Shown here: positions 54,929-64,000 of the stretch, piece after piece
Layout of the letters: every line of letters begins with the position of its first letter
Position numbering within the stretch: position 1 is the first letter of the stretch
IMG/VR virus record: IMGVR_UViG_3300008262_000055
Strand: one strand, 5' to 3'
DNA from: a virus
Taxonomy: Duplodnaviria > Caudoviricetes
Length of the DNA: 64,000 bases
Program-made: the position numbers and the translations under genes
The notes under the pieces: model-generated
The model's input: the letters and a program-made list of their open reading frames with translations, nothing else
Databases searched by the model: none
What the model was told of the DNA's origin: nothing

Positions 54929-55943
54929 TACCCTTAGCCTCTTCGTATAGTGCAAACGAAGCTAAATTCTTAGCTTTGCTTTCGCACATGATATCGAAGT
55001 TATCCCTAAAACTCAGAGCCCATTGATTCACTGCTGTATTCCAGTAGAAGTTTGAGTGTGCCCTGAGTTTTGCTTTTTTATGTCCTGAGTCTAGGAGGGT
55101 CTGAAGAGCGGGACGTGATTCTCTGGAATGTTCTCCAAGTATATCTTCCCTAGAAACAGAGTAGTGTATGACAGGCCGCACACCACGCCAGCTATCAATA
55201 ATCCTTTTAACACGATCGTCAGTAACTTCAATATATTCTCCAGTTTTAATCCAGTGGTGATGAATGTCTAAGACTAGGGCACAGTCATTGACTAAGTCAA
55301 TACTATCTTCAATACCCCAGGTCATTTCGTCGTTTTCGATAGTTAGTGTATTACGGGCTTCGGGTGTCATCCGTGCCAAAGCACTACGGATACCTGCTGG
55401 ACCTTGTCGGCCTGCGATATGAACATTAATTTTAAAGTCTTGAAACGTTTTACCGTAGCCCATCCAGCGAACCATGTCCACATGATATTCAAACTCCTCT
55501 ATAGATCGATTTACAATATCTGGATTATCGCTAGCCAACACAGTAAACTGGCCAGGATGCATAGATAGCCGAACGTTTTTCTCACGAGCAATATCTCCGA
55601 CTCGTTTAAATTCTCTTTCACAATAGGCTCGCACATCGGGATTCCGCCAATACCCGCCCCAAGTTGGCTCAGTGTAGACAGGGAGGATATCGCTACTGAG
55701 TCGTACCATTCTAAGACTTTCATCTTGTTCTCCTACCAGAGAAACAAGTTTACGCACCGCTTCTATGTTGCCTACCATTAGATCCCATAGTTTTTGTTCC
55801 GCAACATCTCTGGTCTGTCTATTTAACCAGGCCACAGTAGTACTACCTGTGTTGTATTGTTTACAGTTGTCTTTTTGTTTGATACCGTCAATTTGACTAG
55901 GACCGTCGATCCACTTGCAGGCAAAGCCTATACGTTTAATCAT
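54885..55943 (-). CDS. uvsE: UV damage endonuclease
   Basis: RLSSD, RLSMHPGQF, LTIEND, LVLDIHHH, HSN motifs. Confidence 0.88.
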   Translation of the reverse strand: MIKRIGFACKWIDGPSQIDGIKQKDNCKQYNTGSTTVAWLNRQTRDVAEQKLWDLMVGNIEAVRKLVSLVGEQDESLRMVRLSSDILPVYTEPTWGGYWRNPDVRAYCEREFKRVGDIAREKNVRLSMHPGQFTVLASDNPDIVNRSIEEFEYHVDMVRWMGYGKTFQDFKINVHIAGRQGPAGIRSALARMTPEARNTLTIENDEMTWGIEDSIDLVNDCALVLDIHHHWIKTGEYIEVTDDRVKRIIDSWRGVRPVIHYSVSREDILGEHSRESRPALQTLLDSGHKKAKLRAHSNFYWNTAVNQWALSFRDNFDIMCESKAKNLASFALYEEAKGITLPVACDREVLLS

Positions 55944-56110
55944 TAGTGTACCATTTCTTTAGCGTCAACTTCACATTCGATTACCCAATTGTTAAATTCG
56001 GTAAACTTGGTTACTTCTACTCCTAGCCCAACTGCTTCGTGTACAAAATGTTTTAATAGAGCATTGTAGAGTTCATCGGGCATAGTTTCTTTATCAAACT
56101 TGATTTTCAT
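55943..56110 (-). CDS. hypothetical 55-aa protein (MKIKFDKETMPDEL...)
   Basis: Hand-translated; TAATG overlap with uvsE start. Confidence 0.7.
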   Translation of the reverse strand: MKIKFDKETMPDELYNALLKHFVHEAVGLGVEVTKFTEFNNWVIECEVDAKEMVH

Positions 56111-56393
56111 CTTTTGCTTTCGCTGAAATTACATTGGCGATACGGAAGGAACGCCATTCCTTTTTGTCCAAACACCAAACACTCATCACATCTGGGTTTT
56201 GCTTCTTTTCTTTCTTTACTACTGGAAAGTCAATGGGATTATCTGTATTGGTTATATGTACTGGCGTTGGCGGAAGCAGTGCTTCGTTAAGCGTACAAGG
56301 CATAGAACGGACTTCGCCGTTTACTTTGGTAAATTCTACAACACACTCGCCAGAGTGGAGTAGTTCGGATAGGTGTTCTCGTGTAATAGTCAT
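56094..56393 (-). CDS. WYL-like (DUF2693-type) Sm-fold protein
   Basis: VEFTKVNGEVRSMPCTL...WCLDKKEWRSFR. Confidence 0.7.
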   Translation of the reverse strand: MTITREHLSELLHSGECVVEFTKVNGEVRSMPCTLNEALLPPTPVHITNTDNPIDFPVVKKEKKQNPDVMSVWCLDKKEWRSFRIANVISAKAKDENQV

Positions 56394-56438
56394 AGTCTTA
56401 TTATACACTATGCGATGATGAAAGTCAATATATAAAGT

Positions 56439-57251
56439 ATGAGATTTGATCTTTATCCACAATATGGTGCTCTAAATAGTCCTCCAATCTTTGAAAGTTT
56501 TCGTCTCGGATTATTAAAAGCCAAACAAGAAGTAGGCATCGCTGACGGTCACGGCGATGCAGCAGTAATTTGGAGTGTGCTTTGGAATGGCCGTATGCGG
56601 CCTAATAGAAACATTTGGACTAGATATAGAGATTTAGGTAAACCAGTTATTGTATTAGAAATTGGTAATCTTATTAGAGACCGAACATGGAAGATTGGAA
56701 TCAACGGGATTAATCTTGGATCTTATTTTAATCAGCAAGGCAAAGATGATTCAAGGGCTAAAGAATTAGGATTAAAACTAGACAACTGGACTATGGAAGG
56801 GCATCAGATACTAATCTGCGGACAGCACGAACATAGTCAGCAATGGGAAGGTCAACCTTCTATGGGCATATGGGTAGAGCAGACAGTTAATAATTTAAAA
56901 AGATATACTGATCGACCTATAGTATTTAGACCACACCCTAGATGTTTGGTAAGGACTAGGAATCAAATTAGTATCAGTACTGGTGATTTTACATCGGAGA
57001 TTAAAAAATCCTGGGCAGTAGTTGGATGGAATTCTAATCCAGCCATACAATCTATCATAAAAGGTGTGCCAGCATTTGTTTCTAATAATAGTTTAGCAGC
57101 ACCGGTGGCTAATACAGATTTTAAATTTATTGAATCACCACAACGGCCAGATAGACAACAGTGGTTTAATGATCTATGTTGGACCGAATGGACGCAGCAA
57201 GAAATGGAAATGGGTGTGCCGCAAAAACTTATTGCCAGTTATCTAGGATAA
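56439..57251 (+). CDS. capsule-synthesis (KpsS/KpsC-like) glycosyltransferase
   Basis: LICGQ, VFRPHP, NSNPAIQSIIKGVP motifs. Confidence 0.6.
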   Translation: MRFDLYPQYGALNSPPIFESFRLGLLKAKQEVGIADGHGDAAVIWSVLWNGRMRPNRNIWTRYRDLGKPVIVLEIGNLIRDRTWKIGINGINLGSYFNQQGKDDSRAKELGLKLDNWTMEGHQILICGQHEHSQQWEGQPSMGIWVEQTVNNLKRYTDRPIVFRPHPRCLVRTRNQISISTGDFTSEIKKSWAVVGWNSNPAIQSIIKGVPAFVSNNSLAAPVANTDFKFIESPQRPDRQQWFNDLCWTEWTQQEMEMGVPQKLIASYLG

Positions 57252-57924
57252 CTTGATCTTGTACTTGATCAACTCTTGGATGCCCGTGAAAGGCTAGTAT
57301 ACAACAGTCTGTTGGTATTGGCGGATTTCTAACAGAAATAAATCTAGCACGTTGTCCCATCCCTTGTATTTCGTCCCTGGATCGAATTTCCCATTTGTAA
57401 CTTTGTATCCAAGGATCTGGAAAAAAGGTAATGTTTGATTTATGTAAATGCCATATCCAATCTTGGTCTCCGTGGAATTTTCTCATGATGCCGGGATTTT
57501 TTTCCATGTCTGTCCAAATATCCGAAAAGCATCCTGACTGCCAACGCATTACAGCACTGCCTAGTTTTTGATAATCGGGTCGAAATACTCTTCCTACATC
57601 TCTGAGACCTAGGAATTTTCCAGGTAGATATTCTATTAGCTGTGTAAAGTTTTTTACTATAACAGTATCTAGATCTAAAAAAAGATTAGTGTCGCCAATA
57701 GGAAAATGATCAACTTTGAACACATATGGTTTCCACCACCAACCTGAGATAGTAGAAATGGGCAAGATTCTAGTTTCTATTCTAGTATCTATTCCTTCAA
57801 TATTGTCTGTAAAACAAACGAATCTATGTGGCACATGTAGATGCCTTTGTACCATGTTGTACAGTTTGTTTACATATTCTGGACCATATTTGGTTCCGTG
57901 TTTTAGACAAACGACATTTAACAT
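57229..57924 (-). CDS. GT-A fold glycosyltransferase
   Basis: FVCFTD, WWWKP, LFLDLD (DxD), GDQDWI, FHGHP. Confidence 0.75.
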   Translation of the reverse strand: MLNVVCLKHGTKYGPEYVNKLYNMVQRHLHVPHRFVCFTDNIEGIDTRIETRILPISTISGWWWKPYVFKVDHFPIGDTNLFLDLDTVIVKNFTQLIEYLPGKFLGLRDVGRVFRPDYQKLGSAVMRWQSGCFSDIWTDMEKNPGIMRKFHGDQDWIWHLHKSNITFFPDPWIQSYKWEIRSRDEIQGMGQRARFISVRNPPIPTDCCILAFHGHPRVDQVQDQVILDNWQ

Positions 57925-58115
57925 TACCAGTGTCTTATCACATTTGCTATAATAAACAGGCAGGTGATAATATGAATTATTACCCAGAACGTTTTAAGAA
58001 ATAATGCTATCCTTGCTTCTTTAACAGTAAGGATAGGAACATCCGGACGATCATCGTCGGTATGTCCCATTAGGTGCCCGGTTGCCCGAGCCCATATTTT
58101 TTCTAGACTGTTCAT
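57924..58115 (-). CDS. hypothetical membrane protein
   Basis: C-terminal TM segment. Confidence 0.7.
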   Translation of the reverse strand: MNSLEKIWARATGHLMGHTDDDRPDVPILTVKEARIALFLKTFWVIIHIITCLFIIANVIRHW

Positions 58116-58660
58116 TCTCTTATAACAGGATTATCGCCTTCGTAGGTAGCCGAGTTACCTGCGTGTTCAAATACTTCTACTGATTTGATACGCACTGATG
58201 GATTCAGTGGATAACGATGATTGCCGTTCTTTAGCAACCAATCCATCTTATCGTAGCACATTTTGGCAAACAGTTCGCAGCCAACACCTTCTACAATACG
58301 TAAGTCGCAAACACCACTGCGTCGGAACGGTTCAGTTTGTACACGTTCTGGATTGCCGTCGTGTTCTGGATTTGAACTCCAACCAGCCATTTCTTTGAAT
58401 CTATCTAGCAATGGGTCGTCTTGTGCAATTACAGTAGTGTGGTCAAACATATGATCTGCCCACGCTTTGAAATCTTTTAGACCACCGAAGTCCATGCCCC
58501 AATTCTTTTCATCTAGCGTGTCGCATTCGAACACAAGTTTGATGCCAATTGAGTAACCGTGTAGCAGTGAGCAATGACTGTGTGTTGCTCTCCACTGTCT
58601 AAAACAGCATGACAGCCCTCTGTCGTTGCCGTATGTTTTTGTTGAAAGATATTTTGCCAT
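58112..58660 (-). CDS. queD: 6-carboxy-5,6,7,8-tetrahydropterin synthase
   Basis: HCSLLHGY, GMDFGGLK, FDH, EVFEH; AAGGAG SD. Confidence 0.88.
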   Translation of the reverse strand: MAKYLSTKTYGNDRGLSCCFRQWRATHSHCSLLHGYSIGIKLVFECDTLDEKNWGMDFGGLKDFKAWADHMFDHTTVIAQDDPLLDRFKEMAGWSSNPEHDGNPERVQTEPFRRSGVCDLRIVEGVGCELFAKMCYDKMDWLLKNGNHRYPLNPSVRIKSVEVFEHAGNSATYEGDNPVIRE

Positions 58661-58755
58661 CTCTAGTCTCCTTTTGTATGAGCAAGTTTGACGACATGCA
58701 GAATTTATAAAGCGGGATGAATGGCGTAGAAGGCCGCTATTGACTTAGTTTACTA

Positions 58756-59346
58756 TCATTGACGCAATAGGTCAATACTTTTAAAAGAAACATTTTCCAA
58801 ATACCAACTTTCTGGAACAGTCCAATTTTTCTCATTGTAAACTATGAAATACTTATCAGGACAGTAACGAAACACTTTAGAAATCTGATGTATCCAATAT
58901 CTAGGATCTATAGCTCTGTGAGTTTTAGGATTATAATTATCAGTGCCTTTGTAAAGATTGTTTATATTTTTATCGTTACTCCAAAGATCAAACCCTATCA
59001 TAGAAACCGTGTTTGATAATTGTGCTGCTAATAATACCGCATAAGGTCCGCTGCCCCAATGAAAAGGATCGTCTGCTCTTTGATCACCTTTGTAGGGAAG
59101 ATTGGGAACTGTTTTAACACAATTTTGAGTTTTAAATTCTTTGATCCAATCGGGTCTAGTATAGACATACGCTGGACAATTAGTATGTGACAGTGCCTCA
59201 CGAACCATTCTTCGATCAACACAAATGAGATGATCTACTACATAGTCTCTGACTATGGCATTACAACCTATTTTAATATCGCTGGGGATTTTGTTAAGAT
59301 CTATTTTGGAACGACTTTCACCGTTGCCTATTGCTAGAGATAACAT
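58756..59346 (-). CDS. DUF115/MptE-like Rossmann-fold protein
   Basis: IGNGESR, IGCNA, HLICVD, SGPYA, MIGFDL. Confidence 0.55.
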   Translation of the reverse strand: MLSLAIGNGESRSKIDLNKIPSDIKIGCNAIVRDYVVDHLICVDRRMVREALSHTNCPAYVYTRPDWIKEFKTQNCVKTVPNLPYKGDQRADDPFHWGSGPYAVLLAAQLSNTVSMIGFDLWSNDKNINNLYKGTDNYNPKTHRAIDPRYWIHQISKVFRYCPDKYFIVYNEKNWTVPESWYLENVSFKSIDLLRQ

Positions 59347-60785
59347 TAACTAATGATACCAAACGGTCTCCAAGTGCCAGGACTTCCAGCACGTACACAA
59401 ACCCAACCCACAGGTGAATTAAGTTTTGGGTCAGTGTTCCAGACTATATCACCAGAAGTATAATTACCAGTTTGTGGTACGTCATCACCATAGGTGTGTA
59501 AATGATTGTTAAATCTTACAGCACCATTTACGTGTAAGTCTACAGCAGGATCTGGACTATTAACTCCTATGGATATTTTACCATGTACATGTACTTGTGT
59601 AGGAGGAGTATTCTTATTACCAAGAGTAATTTGACCGTTGTTATGTATAGTTACTCTTGACGTATTGTCGGTGACCAATGATAGATCGTGGTACCCGTGA
59701 GTACCAAATACTGCTTTACCATCAACAAAGTCGTGCTTGAGTTCTATATTATTACCAAATACTGAAAGTTTACCATTAGCTTCGCCTAGCCCTACAGTTA
59801 ATCTTTCCGCTGATGAGTTTAGAAAAACAAAGTTAGATAGATTGGAATCTCCCATTACGGTAAGATCTTTTAGTATGCCAACTTCTCTTAAACGACTTTT
59901 TGTTATACTAGGACCTAATTCTTTTTCGCTAATCACAACAGTGTTATTGATTAGAAAACTTTTACCCGGTTGAAGATCTATATTTTCTGTTGAAAATATA
60001 CTGTCGTCTCCTTTGAGAACAAACTGTTTAGTTGGACCCATGCCGGTCCAAGCTAGACCCTTGCCAAATATGGGATTGTCTGGTGCGTGTTTAAATTCTA
60101 GGCTAGATGTTCTTTCTAGGCGTAGGTCTGATTTTATTTCAGAAACTTCAATCCTTTTAGCTTTGATAGTGCCAGTGATTTCAGCACTTTCTGCTCGGAT
60201 AGTTTTTTCTACAGTCAGTGTATCTAATACCTTAGCTATAGAAATAGTGTCAACAAATATACCTTCGTCTTTGATTGTAATTTTAATAGAACCGGTACTT
60301 TGATCTCTAATACCTGTGCTGGCAAAATTACGTACAGTGCCGGGACCTAATAGATCCTGCGATATGGCTTGTTTAGGAATACGTTTTAAGAAATCTGCGT
60401 AGTTAACTTCTACGTTAGCACGTAGTACACCTGAAACTGTAAGATCTTTTAGTACAGTTATTTCATTAGCAATTAAACTTTCTTCAACAAATACTCGACC
60501 TTTTAAAGCAGGAATAGTAGCACTAGGTGCTTCTATGGTTCCGTTTTTAACTAATAAAGTGGGTTCAGCAGCTGAATCTTGAATACCTGTACTAGCAAAA
60601 CTTTTAATTTTTCCGCCAGCAATTTGGTCTCCGGATATGCTATTATACGGAATTGCTTTAACAATATCTCCAATTTTATCTGTAACATCTTTGATATCAA
60701 AGGGCGTAGCGGCCTTTGTAGATTCAATGTTTTTCAGCGTTTGCCCTAGAGATTCTAATACTTGATCGATTTGATTTTGTTTCAT
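59346..60785 (-). CDS. putative virion structural/fibre protein
   Basis: Repeated NFASTGI.D; C-terminal GDIVWN...GWVCV..G.PGTW; perfect TATAAATA promoter; start MKQNQID. Confidence 0.7.
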   Translation of the reverse strand: MKQNQIDQVLESLGQTLKNIESTKAATPFDIKDVTDKIGDIVKAIPYNSISGDQIAGGKIKSFASTGIQDSAAEPTLLVKNGTIEAPSATIPALKGRVFVEESLIANEITVLKDLTVSGVLRANVEVNYADFLKRIPKQAISQDLLGPGTVRNFASTGIRDQSTGSIKITIKDEGIFVDTISIAKVLDTLTVEKTIRAESAEITGTIKAKRIEVSEIKSDLRLERTSSLEFKHAPDNPIFGKGLAWTGMGPTKQFVLKGDDSIFSTENIDLQPGKSFLINNTVVISEKELGPSITKSRLREVGILKDLTVMGDSNLSNFVFLNSSAERLTVGLGEANGKLSVFGNNIELKHDFVDGKAVFGTHGYHDLSLVTDNTSRVTIHNNGQITLGNKNTPPTQVHVHGKISIGVNSPDPAVDLHVNGAVRFNNHLHTYGDDVPQTGNYTSGDIVWNTDPKLNSPVGWVCVRAGSPGTWRPFGIIS

Positions 60786-60793
60786 GATATCAA

Positions 60794-60822
60794 TATTTAT
60801 ACTGTAGCAGTAACAATAAATA
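60794..60822. promoter_or_regulatory. divergent T4 late promoters (TATAAATA minus 60794-60801; ATAAATA plus 60816-60822)
   Basis: Exact T4 consensus on the minus strand; both precede structural genes. Confidence 0.65.
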
Positions 60823-60841
60823 CTAAGCAAAGGGATAGATA

Positions 60842-63800
60842 ATGCCGTTAACCAATACTTTTAACCCGTCTACAGCCGTCAATACCGGCACAGACACAAT
60901 TACAATAAATGCTCACGGATACTTAGATCGCCAGGGGGTGCTGTATCATTCTGGTGGCGGCACAGCTATTGGCGGTTTAGTTAATAGCTACAAATATTAC
61001 GTTATCGTTGTAACCCTAGACTCTATTAAACTGGCACTCACAGAAGAAGATGCTATTACCAGTACAGCAGTAGATCTGCTGAGTGTGGGCACAGGTACGA
61101 CGCATTCTTTTGAATCTACTAATATCTATCCTAACAGTGCAGCCTATTACGATTTCTTTAGAAAAGTAAGATTATTAGGTAACGGTACTCCGTCGGGCGG
61201 ATATAAACTTGAAGCAGATTCCGTGCGAGACAGTTTAACTATCGTTGCTGGCGACAACATAGTCTTTGAAAACGCCAGCGAGCAACAAGATACATTTACT
61301 ATTTCTGGTTCTGAATATGATTTTGATATCCCTGTTGGAACTACTGAACTTAGGTTATATGGTAGAGTTGGTCCCGTAATTACTGATGATCAAAGCATTA
61401 GATTTTCTGTAGATCGAGGCATCAACATTACACGTATCAGTGACACAGAATTAAGATTTGAAGGTCTAGGAGTTACTGAAACAGATACACTACATTCTGT
61501 AACTGAACGGGGTGCGTTAACTTCTAACACCATTTACGTTAATAATTTAGAAGTTGGTATTATACAAAGTATTCCAGGTGAAGACGGCGTAACAAATTTT
61601 ACATCTACCGGAACAACCGGAGTCGCTATTAACTTAACAGGCGACGGAACTCTAGACAGTCCGGGAGAAATAGATTTATCATCTACTACTGAAACTAGCA
61701 AAACTGTACAGATTAATTTTACCTTGCCGGTATCAGGAACACTAACATATTCTGCCAGTTATAAAGCTGAATCTGCTTTAACTACTGGCTCTGTTATTTT
61801 ACAAAGAGAAACCCCAGGAAGTCCTGGAACTTGGGTAACTATAGATTCAGCTTCTGGAACTACAGCCAGATACGCTTATACAATACAGAACATTTACGCT
61901 GAGCCAAATGCTACTGGAACAAACTTTAGAATAATAACAACCTGGACAGGATTGACTACAGGATATATAGACTTTCCTATCAATTTACAGTTTGAGATAT
62001 CCCCAATTTATATCAATGAGATGATCCGCACCGATACTGGTGCTGGTGAACTATATCTAGGTCGCATTGACGGTGAAGTCTACCTACGAGGTGACATCAA
62101 TATTAGAGATAGGATCAACACTGACGGATTGTATATCTATCAGAATGTCATTCAAGGAACTAACTCTAATGATGATATTATAATAGATCCGGCAGGTACT
62201 GGCGGTGTTGAGTTAAGAACACAGACTCTTAACACTGATCAAACCACATTTAATTTAATTGACAATATTGCTACGACAGTAAATGTATTTGGATCAGCAA
62301 CTGCTATCAATATGGGTGCTAACACTGGCACTATCACTATAGAAAATCCTACCTTAGTAGGCACAGTAGCAACACAGAATCTTTATGACACTACTGCCAC
62401 TACCGTTAACGCATTTGGGGATGCTACTGTTATCAACATGGGTGACAATTCAGGAACGATCACAGTTCGTAATCCTACATTAGTTGGCGTTGAAACCACA
62501 CAGAATGTTTATAATACAGTAGCCACAACAGTTAATGCATTCGGAGCAGCCGCTACATTAAACATTGGTGAGAACAGCGGAACCGTAACCCTGCGTAATC
62601 CTACATTGGTTGGTACTCAGACAACCCAAAATGTTTACGATACCGTGGCTACAACGGTTAATGCTTTCGGTGCTGCCACTACAATAGATGTGGGTGCCAC
62701 TACTGGTACAATTACTATTAACAATCCTACATTAGTAGGAACACAAACTACACAGAATGTCTATGACACTGTAGCAACTACTGTCAACGCATTCGGTGCT
62801 GCCACTACAATAGACATAGGTGCTGCTACTGGAACGATTACAATCAATAATCCTACACTAGTGGGGACACAGACTACACAAAATGTTTATAATTCGGTAG
62901 CAACTACTGTAAACTTTGCCGGAGCCGCTACACTTGTTGAAATTGGTGCTGCTACAGGAGACACTAATGTTAATAATAATCTTGTTGTTGATTTAGATTT
63001 ACAGGTTAAAGGTGGCGACATTACCACCAACCAAACTACATTTAACTTACTCAATACTACTGCTACAACTATAAATGCGTTTGGTGCGGCTACAACAGCC
63101 AACATAGCTACCGCCGGCACAACAATTGAAATAGGTGCTGCTACTGGAACAACAAATATTAATAATAATCTTGTTGTTGACTTAGATCTTGAAGTTAAAG
63201 GCGGCGATCTAACCACAAATCAAACCTCGTTTAATTTATTAAATGCAACAGCAACCACAGTCAATGCCTTTGGTGCTGCGACTACGATCAGCATAGGGTC
63301 GGCAACTGGCACTACCACAGTAAACAATAGTCTAACAGTAACCGGTGACTTGATAGTAAATGGCACTACAACAACATTAAACACCACAACATTAGATGTT
63401 GAAGATTTAAATATCACTATAGCCAACGGTGCTGTTACAGCCGCTGCTGCCAACGGTGCGGGATTAACAGTTGAAGGACCAACTACGCCGGCAACATTGA
63501 CTTATGCGTCTGCTGATGATAGTTGGAACGTTAACAAACTACTAAAAGGTACATCGTCTAGTTTCACAGGCGATCTACAAGTGGATGGAAATCTTACATT
63601 TGGTAGCGATGATACAGATAGCATTACAGCTAACGCCTTTTTTGTTAACGGTACACAATTAAAATCTGGCAAAGCTAATACTAATACTCTATCGTTGTCT
63701 GCGTATGATGTTGATGGTACAGCTTATACGAATTTAATAACACTCACAGCCAGCAATACTCCTACTCTTGCTTTGACTTCGATTGGCGTAGGTACTATTA

Positions 63801-64000
63801 ATAATATAAACATAGGTACTACTACACGAGCTACTGCTAACTTTACAACATTAGATGCTAATTCAACTGTCGGATTAAGTCCGGCAAATGCTACTGTGAC
63901 TATTAGTCCGACAGGAACAGGTACAGTAACTATCAATCCGGCAACAACTGGCACTATTGATAACACAAGTATTGGTGTTACTACAGCAGCATCCGGCCGC
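60842..64000 (+). CDS. long tail-fibre-like protein (>1053 aa), runs off right edge
   Basis: Hand-translated MPLTNTFNPSTAVNTGTDTITINAHG...; open to window end; Thr/Asn/Gly-rich repeats; missing from ORF track because no stop. Confidence 0.88.
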   Translation, partial: MPLTNTFNPSTAVNTGTDTITINAHGYLDRQGVLYHSGGGTAIGGLVNSYKYYVIVVTLDSIKLALTEEDAITSTAVDLLSVGTGTTHSFESTNIYPNSAAYYDFFRKVRLLGNGTPSGGYKLEADSVRDSLTIVAGDNIVFENASEQQDTFTISGSEYDFDIPVGTTELRLYGRVGPVITDDQSIRFSVDRGINITRISDTELRFEGLGVTETDTLHSVTERGALTSNTIYVNNLEVGIIQSIPGEDGVTNFTSTGTTGVAINLTGDGTLDSPGEIDLSSTTETSKTVQINFTLPVSGTLTYSASYKAESALTTGSVILQRETPGSPGTWVTIDSASGTTARYAYTIQNIYAEPNATGTNFRIITTWTGLTTGYIDFPINLQFEISPIYINEMIRTDTGAGELYLGRIDGEVYLRGDINIRDRINTDGLYIYQNVIQGTNSNDDIIIDPAGTGGVELRTQTLNTDQTTFNLIDNIATTVNVFGSATAINMGANTGTITIENPTLVGTVATQNLYDTTATTVNAFGDATVINMGDNSGTITVRNPTLVGVETTQNVYNTVATTVNAFGAAATLNIGENSGTVTLRNPTLVGTQTTQNVYDTVATTVNAFGAATTIDVGATTGTITINNPTLVGTQTTQNVYDTVATTVNAFGAATTIDIGAATGTITINNPTLVGTQTTQNVYNSVATTVNFAGAATLVEIGAATGDTNVNNNLVVDLDLQVKGGDITTNQTTFNLLNTTATTINAFGAATTANIATAGTTIEIGAATGTTNINNNLVVDLDLEVKGGDLTTNQTSFNLLNATATTVNAFGAATTISIGSATGTTTVNNSLTVTGDLIVNGTTTTLNTTTLDVEDLNITIANGAVTAAAANGAGLTVEGPTTPATLTYASADDSWNVNKLLKGTSSSFTGDLQVDGNLTFGSDDTDSITANAFFVNGTQLKSGKANTNTLSLSAYDVDGTAYTNLITLTASNTPTLALTSIGVGTINNINIGTTTRATANFTTLDANSTVGLSPANATVTISPTGTGTVTINPATTGTIDNTSIGVTTAASGR
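62240..62960 (+). repeat. 126-bp (42-aa) tandem coding repeats
   Basis: NPTLVG anchors at 62345, 62471, 62597, 62723, 62849 (exact 126-nt period). Confidence 0.9.

Noticed and set aside
54673-54955. Minus-strand ORFs 54673-54912 and 54695-54955
   Set aside because: Shadows of the plus-strand dockerin-like frame.
870-60303. Numerous short plus-strand and nested ORFs in the track (e.g. 4389-4658, 16735-17289, 23091-24704, 40575-41039, 43933-45156)
   Set aside because: They lie opposite or inside well-supported genes, with no SD, promoter or recognisable motifs.
62240-62960. 126-bp repeats as a CRISPR array
   Set aside because: Repeats are contiguous, in frame and degenerate at third positions; no unique spacers or cas genes.
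62887-63966. Minus-strand ORFs 62887-63216, 63220-63453 and 63724-63966
   Set aside because: Antisense shadows of the long plus-strand fibre gene starting at 60842.

Overview
This is a 64-kb segment of a large, AT-rich, T4-like (myovirus-type) dsDNA bacteriophage genome. It reads cleanly in standard genetic code 11 and is densely coded, mostly on the minus strand. From left to right it contains: a nucleotide/DNA-modification region (queE, folE, a TGT/DpdA-like transglycosylase, a GT-B glycosyltransferase, an MBD4-like glycosylase, PRTase, HIT, MazG); the sliding clamp and family-B DNA polymerase; a cluster of small genes sharing a T4 capsid-targeting-like N-terminus; clpA-def-dnaJ; a Gram-negative-type lysis cassette; phoH, dCMP deaminase, clamp loader, TagD-like and PBP7-like genes and groES; a baseplate/tail block with a subtilase and a 2841-aa protein; iscA-iscU-sod; uvsE; glycosyltransferases; queD; and a plus-strand tail fibre running off the right edge. 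The strongest leads are (1) four phycobiliprotein-like C-x-R-D domains inside the giant virion protein, (2) a 7-deazaguanine DNA-modification locus coupled to a glycosyltransferase and an MBD4-type glycosylase, (3) candidate head-packaged polyproteins, and (4) several structured RNA leaders. Two genes appear decapitated at apparent deletion junctions (~8340 and ~54622). I found no rRNA, tRNA, CRISPR array, integrase or transposase. All family assignments come from motif recognition by eye; no database searches were run.
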